Shown piece by piece: positions 45,883-56,063 of a stretch of 64,000 nucleotides of DNA (its first letter is position 1; every line of letters starts with the position of its first letter). The DNA is from Escherichia phage vB_Eco_F27: sequence record OP870146.1, one strand, 5' to 3'. Under the pieces are notes generated by a model that saw only the letters and a list, made by a program, of their open reading frames with translations, did not search any database and was not told the origin of the DNA. Both the position numbers and the translations under genes were made by a program.

Positions 45883-47158
45883 TGGTGTTTAACCCTATGC
45901 ATGATTTCTTTATTTTTACCGAGATTAAATCCGCGTTCGTTCGGATTTCCCAAATAACCACATGTTCTTCTTATTGTGTTCATCTTTTTAGGATCAGTTT
46001 CTCCACAAATAGAACAAACAAATCCGTTTTCAGTAGGAGTCATTTCATGGGTACTTCCACATGTAAAACATTTATCTACTGGCATATTAACACCAAAATA
46101 ATCTAAATGTTGTGCAGCATAATCCCATACGGCCTCAAGGCCTTTCAAGTTATTTTTCATATCAGGAAGTTCAACATAAGAAATGTGACCACCTGTCGCA
46201 ATGAAATGATATGGCGCTTCACGAGAAATCTTTTCAAACGGAGTAATATTTTCTTCTACTGAAACATGGAAACTGTTAGTGTACCAACCTTTATCGGTAA
46301 CATCTTTTACGCTTCCATATTTTTCTGTATCAAGTTTACAGAAGCGGTAACAAAGGTTTTCAGCAGGAGTAGAATACAAACTAAAAGCAAATCCAGTTCT
46401 TTCGGACCACTGTTTAAGATGAGCATTCATTTTAGTTAAAATTTCTTGCCCAATATCACGACCGACAAGAATATTCAATTCGTGAATACCAATGTATCCT
46501 AAAGACACTGAACTTCTACCGTTTTTAAATAACTCAATTATGTCGTCATCAGGTTTAAGACGAACCCCGAATGCACCTTCTTGGTAAAGAATAGGAGCAA
46601 CAGTCGCTTTAACACCCTTTAAAGAACTAATTCTACACATCAAGGCTTCAAAACACAGATCCATTCGTTCATTAAACAATTCGATAAATTTCTGTTCATT
46701 GAACTGTGTTCCAATATAAGAATCTAATGCGATACGAGGAAGATTCAGTGTTACAACACCAAGATTATTACGTCCATCAAGAATTTCATTACCGGTTGAA
46801 TCTTTCCACACACTCAAAAAACTGCGGCAACCCATTGGAGAAACAGGAATAGATGAGCCGGTGATAGCTTTATTGTTCTTAGCTGAAATAATATCAGGAT
46901 ACATTCTTTTGCTTGCACATTCTAACGCAAGTTGTTTAATATCATAGTTCGGATCATCTTTATAAAGATTAACACCTTCTTCAACAAACATAACAAGTTT
47001 AGGAAAAATAGGAGTTATTCCATCACGACCAAGGCCTTTAATGCGGTTTTTAAGAATTGCCTTCTGAATCATTCGTTCAGTCCAGTCAGTTCCCGTACCA
47101 AATGTAATTGTTACAAAAGGCGTTTGACCGTTTGAACTGAAAAGTGTATTTACTTCAT
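45879..47158 (-). CDS. nrdD: anaerobic ribonucleoside-triphosphate reductase, exon 2
   Basis: C-terminal glycyl-radical motif RRTCGYLG and Zn site CFTCGS...CSICG; joins exon 1 to give 605 aa. Confidence 0.88.
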
Positions 47159-48202
47159 CATTATATTCAGCATGAGTCGCAAATTCATGCCCGTTTATAT
47201 GAAACAACAAAATTTGGATAGTCCATAGATATGCAACGTTCTTTTATAGTGCTAGGATGAAAATTTAGCGCTTTAGCTGCTTCTATATAAGACGTATACT
47301 TAATACCGTCAACAACCACATATTCAGGAACTTTATGAATAGTAGTCTTAATACTCAAAACAAGAGGATGAGTTTCGACTTCACTTTCAGTGCAATTTAA
47401 ATATTCCGCTGCTTTTTTAAAACTTCTAAAAGTTTTATTTTTAAGCTTTATCGATACTTGTTTTTTACTTTTTCGACTATTGATATTATTTTGCACATGT
47501 TCCTTAGATCTTCCGTTTTTAGCATAATATTCAGCTACAGAAGATTTTATATTGTTTTTATGAGATTCGGATAACACTTTACCCTTATGAGCATCTCTTA
47601 ATTTTTGAATATGTTCTTCAGTATCCGGATGCTTATAAAACTTTTTACCGCCTATGGATTTATTTAAACATTTTTTGCTATAAAAATATTTACGTATGAC
47701 CTCTTCTTCATGTTTTAATGCATCTTTATAACTATCAAATGTTTTTAAAATTATCCATTTAGTAGGTGTATCAGTTTTTAAGCGTTCATTTATATACTTA
47801 GATGACGTTGTGTAAGTTTTCCAGTTTGTGGGCTTGTTTTTAATTGTTCTAAATTTTTTATAACCGATATAAATGTCGCCATTAGAAAACTTAACTAAGT
47901 ATGTAAATGCGTCTTTATCTTTTATTTTAGTACAACGTCTTTTATCCATTTCATTGTTTCACCTCGTATTCATAAGATAATCTTATTTATACAAGATGAC
48001 TGCTGCATGTCGCCATGCAGATTAGACTATATCTTCATCTTTCGATGCCGGTCGTTTCGAATAGCATTAGCTTCTATTCTACACCGCTACATTCATCACG
48101 GTTAGTCGTTAGGCATTTAGTTCAAAAGAACATTTAGCACGGGATTGTCTACTAGAGAGGTTCCCCGTTTAGACCGGTTTTACATGAGCCTGAATTAAAT
48201 TA
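47159..48202 (-). mobile_element. group I self-splicing intron in nrdD carrying a homing-endonuclease ORF
   Basis: nrdD frame interrupted for 1044 nt; exon 1 ends in U, intron ends in G; joining restores ...AFQAYE-YEVNTLFSS...; untranslated structured segment 47950-48202 then HEG ORF. Confidence 0.8.
47185..47949 (-). CDS. GIY-YIG homing endonuclease (I-TevII-like), intron-encoded
   Basis: N-terminal TYLVKFSNGDIYIGY GIY-YIG module; basic C-terminal DNA-binding repeats; lies inside nrdD intron. Confidence 0.75.
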   Translation of the reverse strand: MDKRRCTKIKDKDAFTYLVKFSNGDIYIGYKKFRTIKNKPTNWKTYTTSSKYINERLKTDTPTKWIILKTFDSYKDALKHEEEVIRKYFYSKKCLNKSIGGKKFYKHPDTEEHIQKLRDAHKGKVLSESHKNNIKSSVAEYYAKNGRSKEHVQNNINSRKSKKQVSIKLKNKTFRSFKKAAEYLNCTESEVETHPLVLSIKTTIHKVPEYVVVDGIKYTSYIEAAKALNFHPSTIKERCISMDYPNFVVSYKRA

Positions 48203-48740
48203 ACTCATACGCCTGGAACGCGTCATAGACATCTTTTTCTGTTTTAGATTGAGCATAATTCAACGCATCAGCGATTTGCCATTTTTCTGCATCTTCAACA
48301 TGTTTAGCGTATGTGCGTTTAACATAAGGAGAAAGTACTTTATCGACATTCGCAAATGTAGTTCCGCCATACTGGTGTGAAGCAACTTGTGCAGTAATTT
48401 GTGCCATAATTGCAGTAGCAACGCCAATAGATTTAGGCGTTTCAATTTGAGCATTGCCTAATTTAAATCCATTCTCAAGCATCCCCTTTAAATCGACCAA
48501 ACAGCAATTAGTAAACGGAAGAGCAGGAGAATAATCAATATCATGCATGTGAATGATTCCGCTTTCATGCGCATTCATAATAAAAGACGGGACCATATTT
48601 TTGGCAATGTGCTTAGACACAATACCAGCCATAAGGTCCCGTTGAGTTGGAAAAACACGAGAATCTTTATTAGCATTCTCGTTCAAAAGATCTTTATTAG
48701 TTTTATGAATTAATCCTTCAATTTCTTTTTCAATTTTCAT
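48203..48740 (-). CDS. nrdD: anaerobic ribonucleoside-triphosphate reductase, exon 1
   Basis: MKIEKEIEGLIHKTNKDLLNENANKDSRVFPTQRDL...; in-frame stop 2 codons after splice point. Confidence 0.88.
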
Positions 48741-49210
48741 TTTAAACTCTTTCTAAGCTGCTTTTTGAATGAAGCTATTAATTGTGTTTTAGTATCAGAT
48801 TCATTATATTCAAATCCTCTTTGAAGCATCTCGGCCATCATTTCCTCTTTACCTAGTCTTGAGAACTCTTTAGTTTTGTCTGGAACAAAATTAGGATGGA
48901 TATTATTAGCAGAATAATCTTGTTTCAAATAAGCAAGAAGAGCTTCAAGCCATTCGAGGTAGTCGACATCACGACCTTTAAGACCAGAACGGTTGAACTT
49001 ATGCTTCATTTGTCCTTCTGCTGCGTTGCACAGAGAACAGAGTAATCCACGAACTCTACCGGCTTTTGGCCCGTTTAATTCATGGTCGTGGTCAAGATGG
49101 TTACCTTGAACATCAGGGTCTAATTCACGGTGGCAAATAGGACACTTACCGTTCTGTGCATCATAAAATTTTTGTTTTTCTTCTTTATATTTTGCGCCTG
49201 ATAATAACAT
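48737..49210 (-). CDS. 49: endonuclease VII (Holliday junction resolvase)
   Basis: 157 aa; CPICHREL...HLDHDHELNGPKAGRVRGLLCSLCN near-identical to recalled T4 gp49. Confidence 0.95.
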   Translation of the reverse strand: MLLSGAKYKEEKQKFYDAQNGKCPICHRELDPDVQGNHLDHDHELNGPKAGRVRGLLCSLCNAAEGQMKHKFNRSGLKGRDVDYLEWLEALLAYLKQDYSANNIHPNFVPDKTKEFSRLGKEEMMAEMLQRGFEYNESDTKTQLIASFKKQLRKSLK

Positions 49211-49245
49211 GATAAACCCTTACCTTAAATAGATAAGGGTATTTA

Positions 49246-49671
49246 TTAACTTAAACGTCTTTCTAAATATTCAATGTATTCTGCGGCTGCTTGCATCAGG
49301 TTACCTTCATAGCCGTCGTTATTTTCTTGTCCGGCTAATTTAGCTAATGCATAAGAAATTCGTTCACCTTCGAATTCACCAAGTTTACTACCTAGCACAT
49401 CCGCAATATCAGCCGAATCAATTTCTTCGAGTTCATCTATTGAATGTGATTCCCAGAAGCACCAAAGAGAAGTATCACGGTCATAGATGCAAAGTTTCTC
49501 ACCAGTGTTCAACATCACTTCAATAATGCCATGGTCGCCATAACCATCTTCGGTAGTAGTACCAATTACCTTGATGATTGTATCTTTCTTTAATTCAGGA
49601 AACTTGACTTGTAGTTCTTCATCTTCTTTAACAATCTTGAACCATTTACCGCGAGTTTCAGAAATATTCAT
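49246..49671 (-). CDS. hypothetical protein
   Basis: 141-aa ORF. Confidence 0.45.
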   Translation of the reverse strand: MNISETRGKWFKIVKEDEELQVKFPELKKDTIIKVIGTTTEDGYGDHGIIEVMLNTGEKLCIYDRDTSLWCFWESHSIDELEEIDSADIADVLGSKLGEFEGERISYALAKLAGQENNDGYEGNLMQAAAEYIEYLERRLS

Positions 49672-49672
49672 A

Positions 49673-49870
49673 TCAATATTCTCTATAAAAGTTATGATGA
49701 GAACGTTTAGCTTTGCGAAGCTGACGTTTAGTAGGACGAACTGTAAATGGTTGTCCGGAGAAAAAATTTGGTTCAGTTTTAATCAACACATACCAATCGT
49801 GTTCGCCACTTTTTAATAAACGGTATAACAATTTAACTTGCATAATAATCTCTTCCCATTTCCAAATCAA
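49673..49870 (-). CDS. small basic hypothetical protein
   Basis: C-terminal FTVRPTKRQLRKAKR, paralogous tail to ORF 20676-20888. Confidence 0.4.
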   Translation of the reverse strand: MIWKWEEIIMQVKLLYRLLKSGEHDWYVLIKTEPNFFSGQPFTVRPTKRQLRKAKRSHHNFYREY

Positions 49871-49971
49871 TTATATCGTTTACTGTAGGTTCATTATAAC
49901 ACGTTTCTTCGTCGTTGTAAACTGTTTCGACGTCTGGCTCGACAGTTTCCCATCGAGCCGAATACCATGGT

Positions 49972-50328
49972 TTAGCCCCGGAGTTTATTGAGCTCTTCAT
50001 AATCAATCCAGGATTCTAGCCCTGACGGCAGGTCACATTCAATGTTCCACAGAAGCTCTTCAATGGCTTGCAGGCGATTATATTCTTCAACGGTAATGGT
50101 AACCATTGGTGCAACCGGTTCTGCCTTTTTAACCATCATATCGTTCATCAGGACGTAAAGGTCATCACGAACGTCAGTGTCGTTCCAACCCCATGATTTG
50201 GCTTCGTAAGCTAATGATGAAGTGAGCACATTTAAAACTTCAATAATAGTTGGAGCATCAGGACCAAGTTCATTGGCACAAACTTCGTATACATCTTGGA
50301 AATCTTTAAGATTTAATGAATATGTCAT
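49972..50328 (-). CDS. hypothetical protein
   Basis: 118-aa ORF. Confidence 0.45.
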   Translation of the reverse strand: MTYSLNLKDFQDVYEVCANELGPDAPTIIEVLNVLTSSLAYEAKSWGWNDTDVRDDLYVLMNDMMVKKAEPVAPMVTITVEEYNRLQAIEELLWNIECDLPSGLESWIDYEELNKLRG

Positions 50329-50588
50329 TTAAAATATTCTCGTAGTTGGTCAAAGCCACCGATCGAAGTTCCATCAGGAGCAAACACCTGAGGCATCGTC
50401 AATCCAACATGTGTTTCACGTCCAAGCTTAGCCAGAAGCTCAGCAATTTTTTCTTCATCGAATACACCTTTTTCTGGCATAACATTAATGAATTCGAACG
50501 GCTGTTTCTTAACAGTCAGCAATCGTTTCGCATTATCACAATAAATGCATTTATGAATAGTAGAGTCATACCCGTACACTTTAAACAT
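50325..50588 (-). CDS. nrdC: glutaredoxin (thioredoxin) NrdC
   Basis: MFKVYGYDSTIHKCIYCDNAKRLL...GLTMPQVFAPDG matches recalled T4 NrdC. Confidence 0.9.
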   Translation of the reverse strand: MFKVYGYDSTIHKCIYCDNAKRLLTVKKQPFEFINVMPEKGVFDEEKIAELLAKLGRETHVGLTMPQVFAPDGTSIGGFDQLREYFK

Positions 50589-50994
50589 TATTTTTCCTTT
50601 CATCGATTAAATATGCAATGCCAAATACAATACATGTAATAAAACCTGTGATACAGATAGAGACCAACAACACTGTACCAAAGAACCAAATCAAGTTATC
50701 TTTAGTAGTTTGTTTGATATCCATCTCACGAATTTCTATAGCTATCGTATCACCTTTATTCAGAAGCGTATAAAATGATGGAGATACACGCCTGTCAAAA
50801 ACTCGTCCTTGCTCATCTTTATAGACTGCAATAAATTCTAATTTAGAATATTTTCCTGTAGATTGGCCTGAGATTAATTCCACTACCTCCACAGGAATTA
50901 CTTTAGTTTCCATGTAAGTATTCTGACTGTTCCAAATGAATGGAATAATGGCAAAAACTAAAGCTGCGATAAAACAACGAAGACTATATCTCAT
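50581..50994 (-). CDS. membrane protein
   Basis: N- and C-terminal hydrophobic helices. Confidence 0.5.
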   Translation of the reverse strand: MRYSLRCFIAALVFAIIPFIWNSQNTYMETKVIPVEVVELISGQSTGKYSKLEFIAVYKDEQGRVFDRRVSPSFYTLLNKGDTIAIEIREMDIKQTTKDNLIWFFGTVLLVSICITGFITCIVFGIAYLIDERKNNV

Positions 50995-51299
50995 TATAAT
51001 GTTCTCTCAAATTTGTGGAAGCATTTACGGCATTTCAATTTCAAGTTATCAGTGGTCCAGTTAACCAGTTGGACTTGGATAGTTCCACATTCTGGGCATG
51101 GATGTTTTGCTGCCGATTTGGCAGCATTTTCACGTCGTTCAACCATTTTCATTATTTCGTTCCATGCCGGAGGAACGAACTCTTCTTCACCGTGGATTTT
51201 ATCTCGCTGAACAAATTCAATCTTTGAACTATCGCCAATAAACTTAACCAAGCGGTGATTAGTGTTCATATCAATATCCTCTAAAAGACGTAGTTTCAT
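50994..51299 (-). CDS. zinc-ribbon protein
   Basis: CPEC ... CRKC pair. Confidence 0.5.
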   Translation of the reverse strand: MKLRLLEDIDMNTNHRLVKFIGDSSKIEFVQRDKIHGEEEFVPPAWNEIMKMVERRENAAKSAAKHPCPECGTIQVQLVNWTTDNLKLKCRKCFHKFERTL

Positions 51300-52249
51300 T
51301 ATAATACCTCAATGGCATTTCGTAAACCATCCGCTTTTGCATTCAGAGCTTTTAATGATTTAGTTTGTTCTGCAATTTGGGCTTCGACTTCTTTCAGACG
51401 AGATTTGAGATATTCGCGTTCTTCAGCCATGATATCGACCTTTTCTGCTTTAGGTTCTTTAATAAGCTTAGGTTTATACGTATTAGGGTTCTTCAGCTTA
51501 ATTCGGGTACGAGAACTGAATAACATTGAACCGTTATCTTCGGTTTCGTCGAACATTTCAACAACATCCATAGTCTCTAACAATGTAATAAGTTTATAAG
51601 ACAACGAACGAATAGTTTTGTTGTGCTTATTAATTTCTTCGGCTTTCATGGTACCGAGATTACGTGAGTAATAATAAGGAACCTGGATATCAATTGATAA
51701 TGATGCGTTACCATTACCGGTTGGTTTGAATACTGCAGTAACCCAATCTTTAACATGAACTTTATTTGTACGACCATCACCGCCTGTGAATAATTTACGA
51801 GAATGTTTAAAAAGCATATTCACTTGTTTATTGAATTCACAAGCAAATTTATCAGCAAATTTAGTTTCAGGAATGGTAGTTAACCAATCAGCCAAATGAG
51901 TCTTTTTAACATCGTTAATAATAGTGAATTCAACCAAATCGGTTTTAGACGTCACAGATTTAATAAAACTCGGCTTCATAAAGTTTTTAATGTTATCGCG
52001 AGCTACAGTAGAAGATAATAAACGAGAACGTTTGAACCATTGAAGCAACGTCCCTAACGAATGAGAATACGCATTTTGAGTATCTTTACAGATATGATTT
52101 TCTTGGCCTATGTATGTACCAAAATCGCGAAGAATACCACTTACCACATCTCGGTGTGGAACATCAAATCCTAGTGCACCAGAAGCGCGCTGAGCATGAA
52201 CGTTAGCGATAAGACCTGCAAAATAATCAATGTAATGTGAACGTGTCAT
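51299..52249 (-). CDS. hypothetical protein with C-terminal coiled coil
   Basis: 316-aa ORF with own promoter. Confidence 0.5.
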   Translation of the reverse strand: MTRSHYIDYFAGLIANVHAQRASGALGFDVPHRDVVSGILRDFGTYIGQENHICKDTQNAYSHSLGTLLQWFKRSRLLSSTVARDNIKNFMKPSFIKSVTSKTDLVEFTIINDVKKTHLADWLTTIPETKFADKFACEFNKQVNMLFKHSRKLFTGGDGRTNKVHVKDWVTAVFKPTGNGNASLSIDIQVPYYYSRNLGTMKAEEINKHNKTIRSLSYKLITLLETMDVVEMFDETEDNGSMLFSSRTRIKLKNPNTYKPKLIKEPKAEKVDIMAEEREYLKSRLKEVEAQIAEQTKSLKALNAKADGLRNAIEVL

Positions 52250-52277
52250 AATATTTTCCTCTCGTTAAGATAGAAAG

Positions 52278-52306
52278 ATTATACTCCAACCATCCTTGGT
52301 TGTACA
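52278..52306 (-). promoter_or_regulatory. early promoter with hairpin in spacer (copy of 9701-9730 cassette)
   Basis: TGTACA aaccaaggatggttggag TATAAT; overlaps stop codon of upstream gene. Confidence 0.55.
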
Positions 52307-53302
52307 TCATTCCTTAAGAAGTTTTACTACTTGAATAAGATTAGCTCGTTCTGTTTTATTTTTACCGTTTAAGCCTGCTAATCGTGAGATTTCATCGTCA
52401 GTCTGTTGAATAGTTACATTAAGTTCGTTAATCAAAGCTTCAAAGTATTTGATTTGCTCAGCATGTTTTGATTCAAATTTCTGAACCGGAATAACGTCTT
52501 GATTCAGTTCATCAATAAGGTCTTTAAGAGCATCTTCTTGGTTGATATCATATTCAACTTCTTTTATTTCTTCAACGAGCTCGTCTTTATATCTAACGTC
52601 TTTTAGTCCTGGAGCTGGTCCTAAAATCTCTTCTTTAAGAGTACAAACATATCCAATACGATATCCAGTGCCGTCTCGCTTGATATCAACTTCGTCGATA
52701 AATCCACAATGTTTAAGACCAGAGCCGATTAGGTTAAAATATCCTTGACGTCGTCCTTCAAACGTTACGCGAACTACTAAGACAGTTTTACCTGCAACCT
52801 TTTGAAGCTCACATTTATAAAAGTCAGTTGAACCTGAATAACGTGGATGAGTTTTAAAGTTCATCTGACGATCTAGGCCCATTTGTAAACGTGCTGATAC
52901 GGCCAGAAAACGTGTTTGGTTCTCGTTAAGATGAGCAACAATCTGTTTCAAAGGCATTTTACCATGTTCACGACCGAACAAATCAGTACGTCCTAAATTA
53001 CGCAGGATATTGTTAGAGTTAATCATCGACAGAACGTTAAGTTTATTCAGCGCGCTGAAGATTCCATCAGCCATTGATTTTCCATAACCTTTACACGCTT
53101 TAATAAGTGCTCGCGGCAGATTAGTATAGATTTCAGACGGCATATGAAAATCAAATTTACTAACCAGTAATTGATGAACTTGGATAGAAATTTGTTCATA
53201 ATTAAGTGCTCTGCGATCATTATGGTCTTTAAACCACACTTTAATCTGTGAAGCACATAAACCATTAATTTCATGTTTTACCGCATCAGATGTAATGCTC
53301 AT
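52307..53302 (-). CDS. hypothetical protein with C-terminal coiled coil
   Basis: 331-aa ORF. Confidence 0.5.
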   Translation of the reverse strand: MSITSDAVKHEINGLCASQIKVWFKDHNDRRALNYEQISIQVHQLLVSKFDFHMPSEIYTNLPRALIKACKGYGKSMADGIFSALNKLNVLSMINSNNILRNLGRTDLFGREHGKMPLKQIVAHLNENQTRFLAVSARLQMGLDRQMNFKTHPRYSGSTDFYKCELQKVAGKTVLVVRVTFEGRRQGYFNLIGSGLKHCGFIDEVDIKRDGTGYRIGYVCTLKEEILGPAPGLKDVRYKDELVEEIKEVEYDINQEDALKDLIDELNQDVIPVQKFESKHAEQIKYFEALINELNVTIQQTDDEISRLAGLNGKNKTERANLIQVVKLLKE

Positions 53303-53364
53303 AACTATTTCCTCAGATTGAATTGGAACTCAAAACCATTATAACCCGTCCTTGGGTAAAGCGT

Positions 53365-53889
53365 TTATGCGTGAACCGTCTTTAAACGTTCTTCAAATTT
53401 CCGAAGAAGTGCTTGGCGTTCTGCTCGTTGTTCCATATAAGTTTTAATACGACCTGAAGTGAGGGCGTATTGTTCGTTTACCGATTCCTTCATAAAATCA
53501 GGAATCTCACGACAAGTTTTGATTTCGTCGAACTTGTCAATAACTGCTTGTTGTTCTGCAATCAGATTATTGTAGTATTCGATATCTGATTTAATGTTTT
53601 GGATATCAGACTCAGTAGGCATGTTACGTGCTTTACGTTTTGCCTGATATTCTGCGTTTGTAGCACGACTCCAGTGAAGAGTACGTTTTTTGTTAGTGTT
53701 TTTGTAGACTTCCACAATTCCAACTGAATCGATGATAACAATCCAATTCCAGCGAGATTTGAAAATCTGACCTCCGTCCACGGTAATCTCGTTACCATAA
53801 GCAACATCATTAAAGAACTTGCTTTGTGCTTCAGATTTAAATTTACCGTCGTTATAATTTACCAGGTTGAAAATATCTTTAGCGTTCAT
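53365..53889 (-). CDS. hypothetical protein
   Basis: 174-aa ORF with own promoter. Confidence 0.5.
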   Translation of the reverse strand: MNAKDIFNLVNYNDGKFKSEAQSKFFNDVAYGNEITVDGGQIFKSRWNWIVIIDSVGIVEVYKNTNKKRTLHWSRATNAEYQAKRKARNMPTESDIQNIKSDIEYYNNLIAEQQAVIDKFDEIKTCREIPDFMKESVNEQYALTSGRIKTYMEQRAERQALLRKFEERLKTVHA

Positions 53890-53915
53890 GTTTTACCTCC
53901 AGTAGTTGATAGGTC

Positions 53916-53945
53916 TATAATAACATAACCGTAGACCTTGTAAAC
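53916..53945 (-). promoter_or_regulatory. early promoter
   Basis: GTTTAC aaggtctacggttatgt TATTATAGACC; 5'UTR CAACTACTGGAGG shared with promoter at 21421. Confidence 0.55.
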
Positions 53946-53947
53946 AA

Positions 53948-54235
53948 CTAAAAGAAACTTTTTTCGGTATTTTTTCCACTGAACCAAACAGACTTCGGTA
54001 TTTTCTGTAATTTTTCAGATTTAAGTTTCTCTTCCCGTTCTTTCTTATATACACCCTTGTCGTACTGGAGCATCTCTATGGCATTCTTTTGCAAACGATC
54101 TAAGGTAATTAAGGCTTTAGTTTTTCCTTTCAAGGAAGAGTCCTGGCGAACCTCCTCGCTATATTGCATTGTAGAACTAACCATATGATGAGCATAGAGT
54201 TCGACTGCGGCTTTAATTTTTTGCATAAAATCCAT
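53948..54235 (-). CDS. hypothetical protein
   Basis: 95-aa ORF. Confidence 0.4.
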   Translation of the reverse strand: MDFMQKIKAAVELYAHHMVSSTMQYSEEVRQDSSLKGKTKALITLDRLQKNAIEMLQYDKGVYKKEREEKLKSEKLQKIPKSVWFSGKNTEKSFF

Positions 54236-54373
54236 AACATATCCTCTTTGATTTGTACATCATTATTTTTAAATATTTCTATGCCCTAAGTAGGTTCCTG
54301 GTGTCCTTCTTTGAGGTAAGCCATATGATTATTCATCTTTATGGCTTTTGTTACCTCAGAACTTCCTATAAGC

Positions 54374-55375
54374 TTATTTCAGTAAAGTTACTTCAGAGAT
54401 TTCCTCCCAACCATCTTTATCAGTTGAAATAAAATCTGCTACATAAAGAGCCGTACGTAATGATACATTGCGAAGACGAGATACGTTAGCCTTCATCCAG
54501 GACAATGCTTTATACGTTTCTGCATCCGTCAGACCACGTTTCTGCATCATGTCAGTAGATAATATTACATCTTCAACTCGAACCATAATCTCTTCATTAG
54601 AGTGTACTCCAAGGTCGAGATACACTGAACGAGATACTAAAGCTTGAAGGTGCGGAGCAAGTTTCGAACCGCGTTCTAACTCTTTATCGATATCAACGTT
54701 TGTAATGAAAACGATAGTACCTTCAAACTCAAATTCTTTATCAATACCCTTATCATCGAGATAAGATGACGCAGTGCTCCAACAAACTTTGCGTTTATCT
54801 CCGGTATCTAATGCTGCTTTAAGAAGGTTCAAGATGTCCATATCTGAGAATACATCAACGTCGTCGATTAAGAGAACGCTGTCTGCATCACGGTTGAGCC
54901 AAAGTTGTTCGTAAAGGCCAATACCAGAGATTTTACCATTAATGCTTTTGTATTTGATGAAACCATTATCATTAGCATTATTAAGTGCTTTATCCAGAGA
55001 ATACGTCTTACCAATACCGGCTGCACCTGAAATAATGAGTGAACGAATTTTGCCATCGATAATGCCATTCGTCATCATGTTCATTACTTTAAAGCGTTTG
55101 TTGATACGAGTTTTCATATCTTCAGTGCTTTCAACAACTGCAACTGGTGGTGTCTCAACTCCTTCCATTACGATGTCTGATTTGAAGACCCATACTCCAC
55201 GTTCAGAACCATCAATCATAACGAAAATTTTACCATCACCTAAGTGGGAACATTCAGGATTAAGCTTTGCCGGGAACCATGTCTTTGTGGCAACATAAGA
55301 ACCAGAGATTTCGTTATTACGATAGATACCTTTTTTGATTTGAACGTTGAACATTTTATTCTCCAATTTACTCAT
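54374..55375 (-). CDS. P-loop NTPase (AAA-type)
   Basis: Walker A ISGAAGIGKTYS, Walker B VLLIDDVD. Confidence 0.6.
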   Translation of the reverse strand: MSKLENKMFNVQIKKGIYRNNEISGSYVATKTWFPAKLNPECSHLGDGKIFVMIDGSERGVWVFKSDIVMEGVETPPVAVVESTEDMKTRINKRFKVMNMMTNGIIDGKIRSLIISGAAGIGKTYSLDKALNNANDNGFIKYKSINGKISGIGLYEQLWLNRDADSVLLIDDVDVFSDMDILNLLKAALDTGDKRKVCWSTASSYLDDKGIDKEFEFEGTIVFITNVDIDKELERGSKLAPHLQALVSRSVYLDLGVHSNEEIMVRVEDVILSTDMMQKRGLTDAETYKALSWMKANVSRLRNVSLRTALYVADFISTDKDGWEEISEVTLLK

Positions 55376-55392
55376 TTCGTTTCGATAGGTCT

Positions 55393-55421
55393 ATAATAAC
55401 ATGTTTAAAGCAAAAGTAAAC
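55393..55421 (-). promoter_or_regulatory. early promoter
   Basis: GTTTAC ttttgctttaaacatgt TATTATAGACC. Confidence 0.55.
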
Positions 55422-55423
55422 AA

Positions 55424-55642
55424 TTATTTGCGACGAGATTTTTTGGTAAGAGGTTGAAAGAACACTGCTTTACCTGCTGGGGATAAGGTGACTCGTAATG
55501 CATTACCGATTCCTAAGGATGCTTTAACTAAACCTTTAGCTTTCAGTTCACCAAATGCTTGACGTTGGTCTGCATCACGAGTGTTAACCATAAGACCTTT
55601 ATCACCTGCTTCACGAATCATTTCTAACATTTTGGTTTTCAT
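55424..55642 (-). CDS. hypothetical protein
   Basis: Start at MKTKMLEMIREAGDKG with GAGGAG SD. Confidence 0.45.
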   Translation of the reverse strand: MKTKMLEMIREAGDKGLMVNTRDADQRQAFGELKAKGLVKASLGIGNALRVTLSPAGKAVFFQPLTKKSRRK

Positions 55643-55669
55643 TTTGTTCTCCTCTTGTTTTGATAGGTC

Positions 55670-55699
55670 TATAATAACATATCCTAAAAGCATGTACAC
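55670..55699 (-). promoter_or_regulatory. early-type promoter
   Basis: GTGTAC-N17-TATTATAGACC; 5'UTR identical to that at 7590-7610. Confidence 0.5.
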
Positions 55700-55711
55700 T
55701 ACTTTTTAAAA

Positions 55712-55745
55712 ATATTTTAACCCCCTAAAGGGACCCGAAGGTCCC
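55712..55745 (-). terminator. terminator-like hairpin
   Basis: GGGACC-UUCG-GGUCCC then UUUAGGGGGUUAAAAUAUUUUU. Confidence 0.5.
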
Positions 55746-55750
55746 CACAT

Positions 55751-56032
55751 TTACTTATCGCACTTAGCAACATAATTAGGCATATCACAGAATACGGAGC
55801 GAGTAACTACTCGGCCCTTTGACCATGCTTCAGTTGCTTGTCCGGCCGTGCTATTAATATAGCTTGATTTGATATTCTCAATACCCTGAGAATGTGATGC
55901 ATTTACCGAACCATTAGAAGGCCCAGAAGACTGGTTACCACCAGCTCCTGCACTACCGCTAGCTGCACCTGTGGTAGCGCCAACAGAGAATGCCATCATT
56001 ACTGCGAATAAACCAATTACTAATTTTTTCAT
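55751..56032 (-). CDS. secreted Ser/Gly-rich protein
   Basis: Signal peptide MKKLVIGLFAVMMAFSVGA; followed by terminator. Confidence 0.5.
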   Translation of the reverse strand: MKKLVIGLFAVMMAFSVGATTGAASGSAGAGGNQSSGPSNGSVNASHSQGIENIKSSYINSTAGQATEAWSKGRVVTRSVFCDMPNYVAKCDK

Positions 56033-56063
56033 ATTTACCTCAAGTTAAGGGTTATTTATCTAC

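Noticed and set aside
55751-56032. Secreted Ser/Gly-rich protein considered as an rI paralog
   Set aside because: No sequence similarity to the rI-like protein at 58839-59141 beyond having a signal peptide
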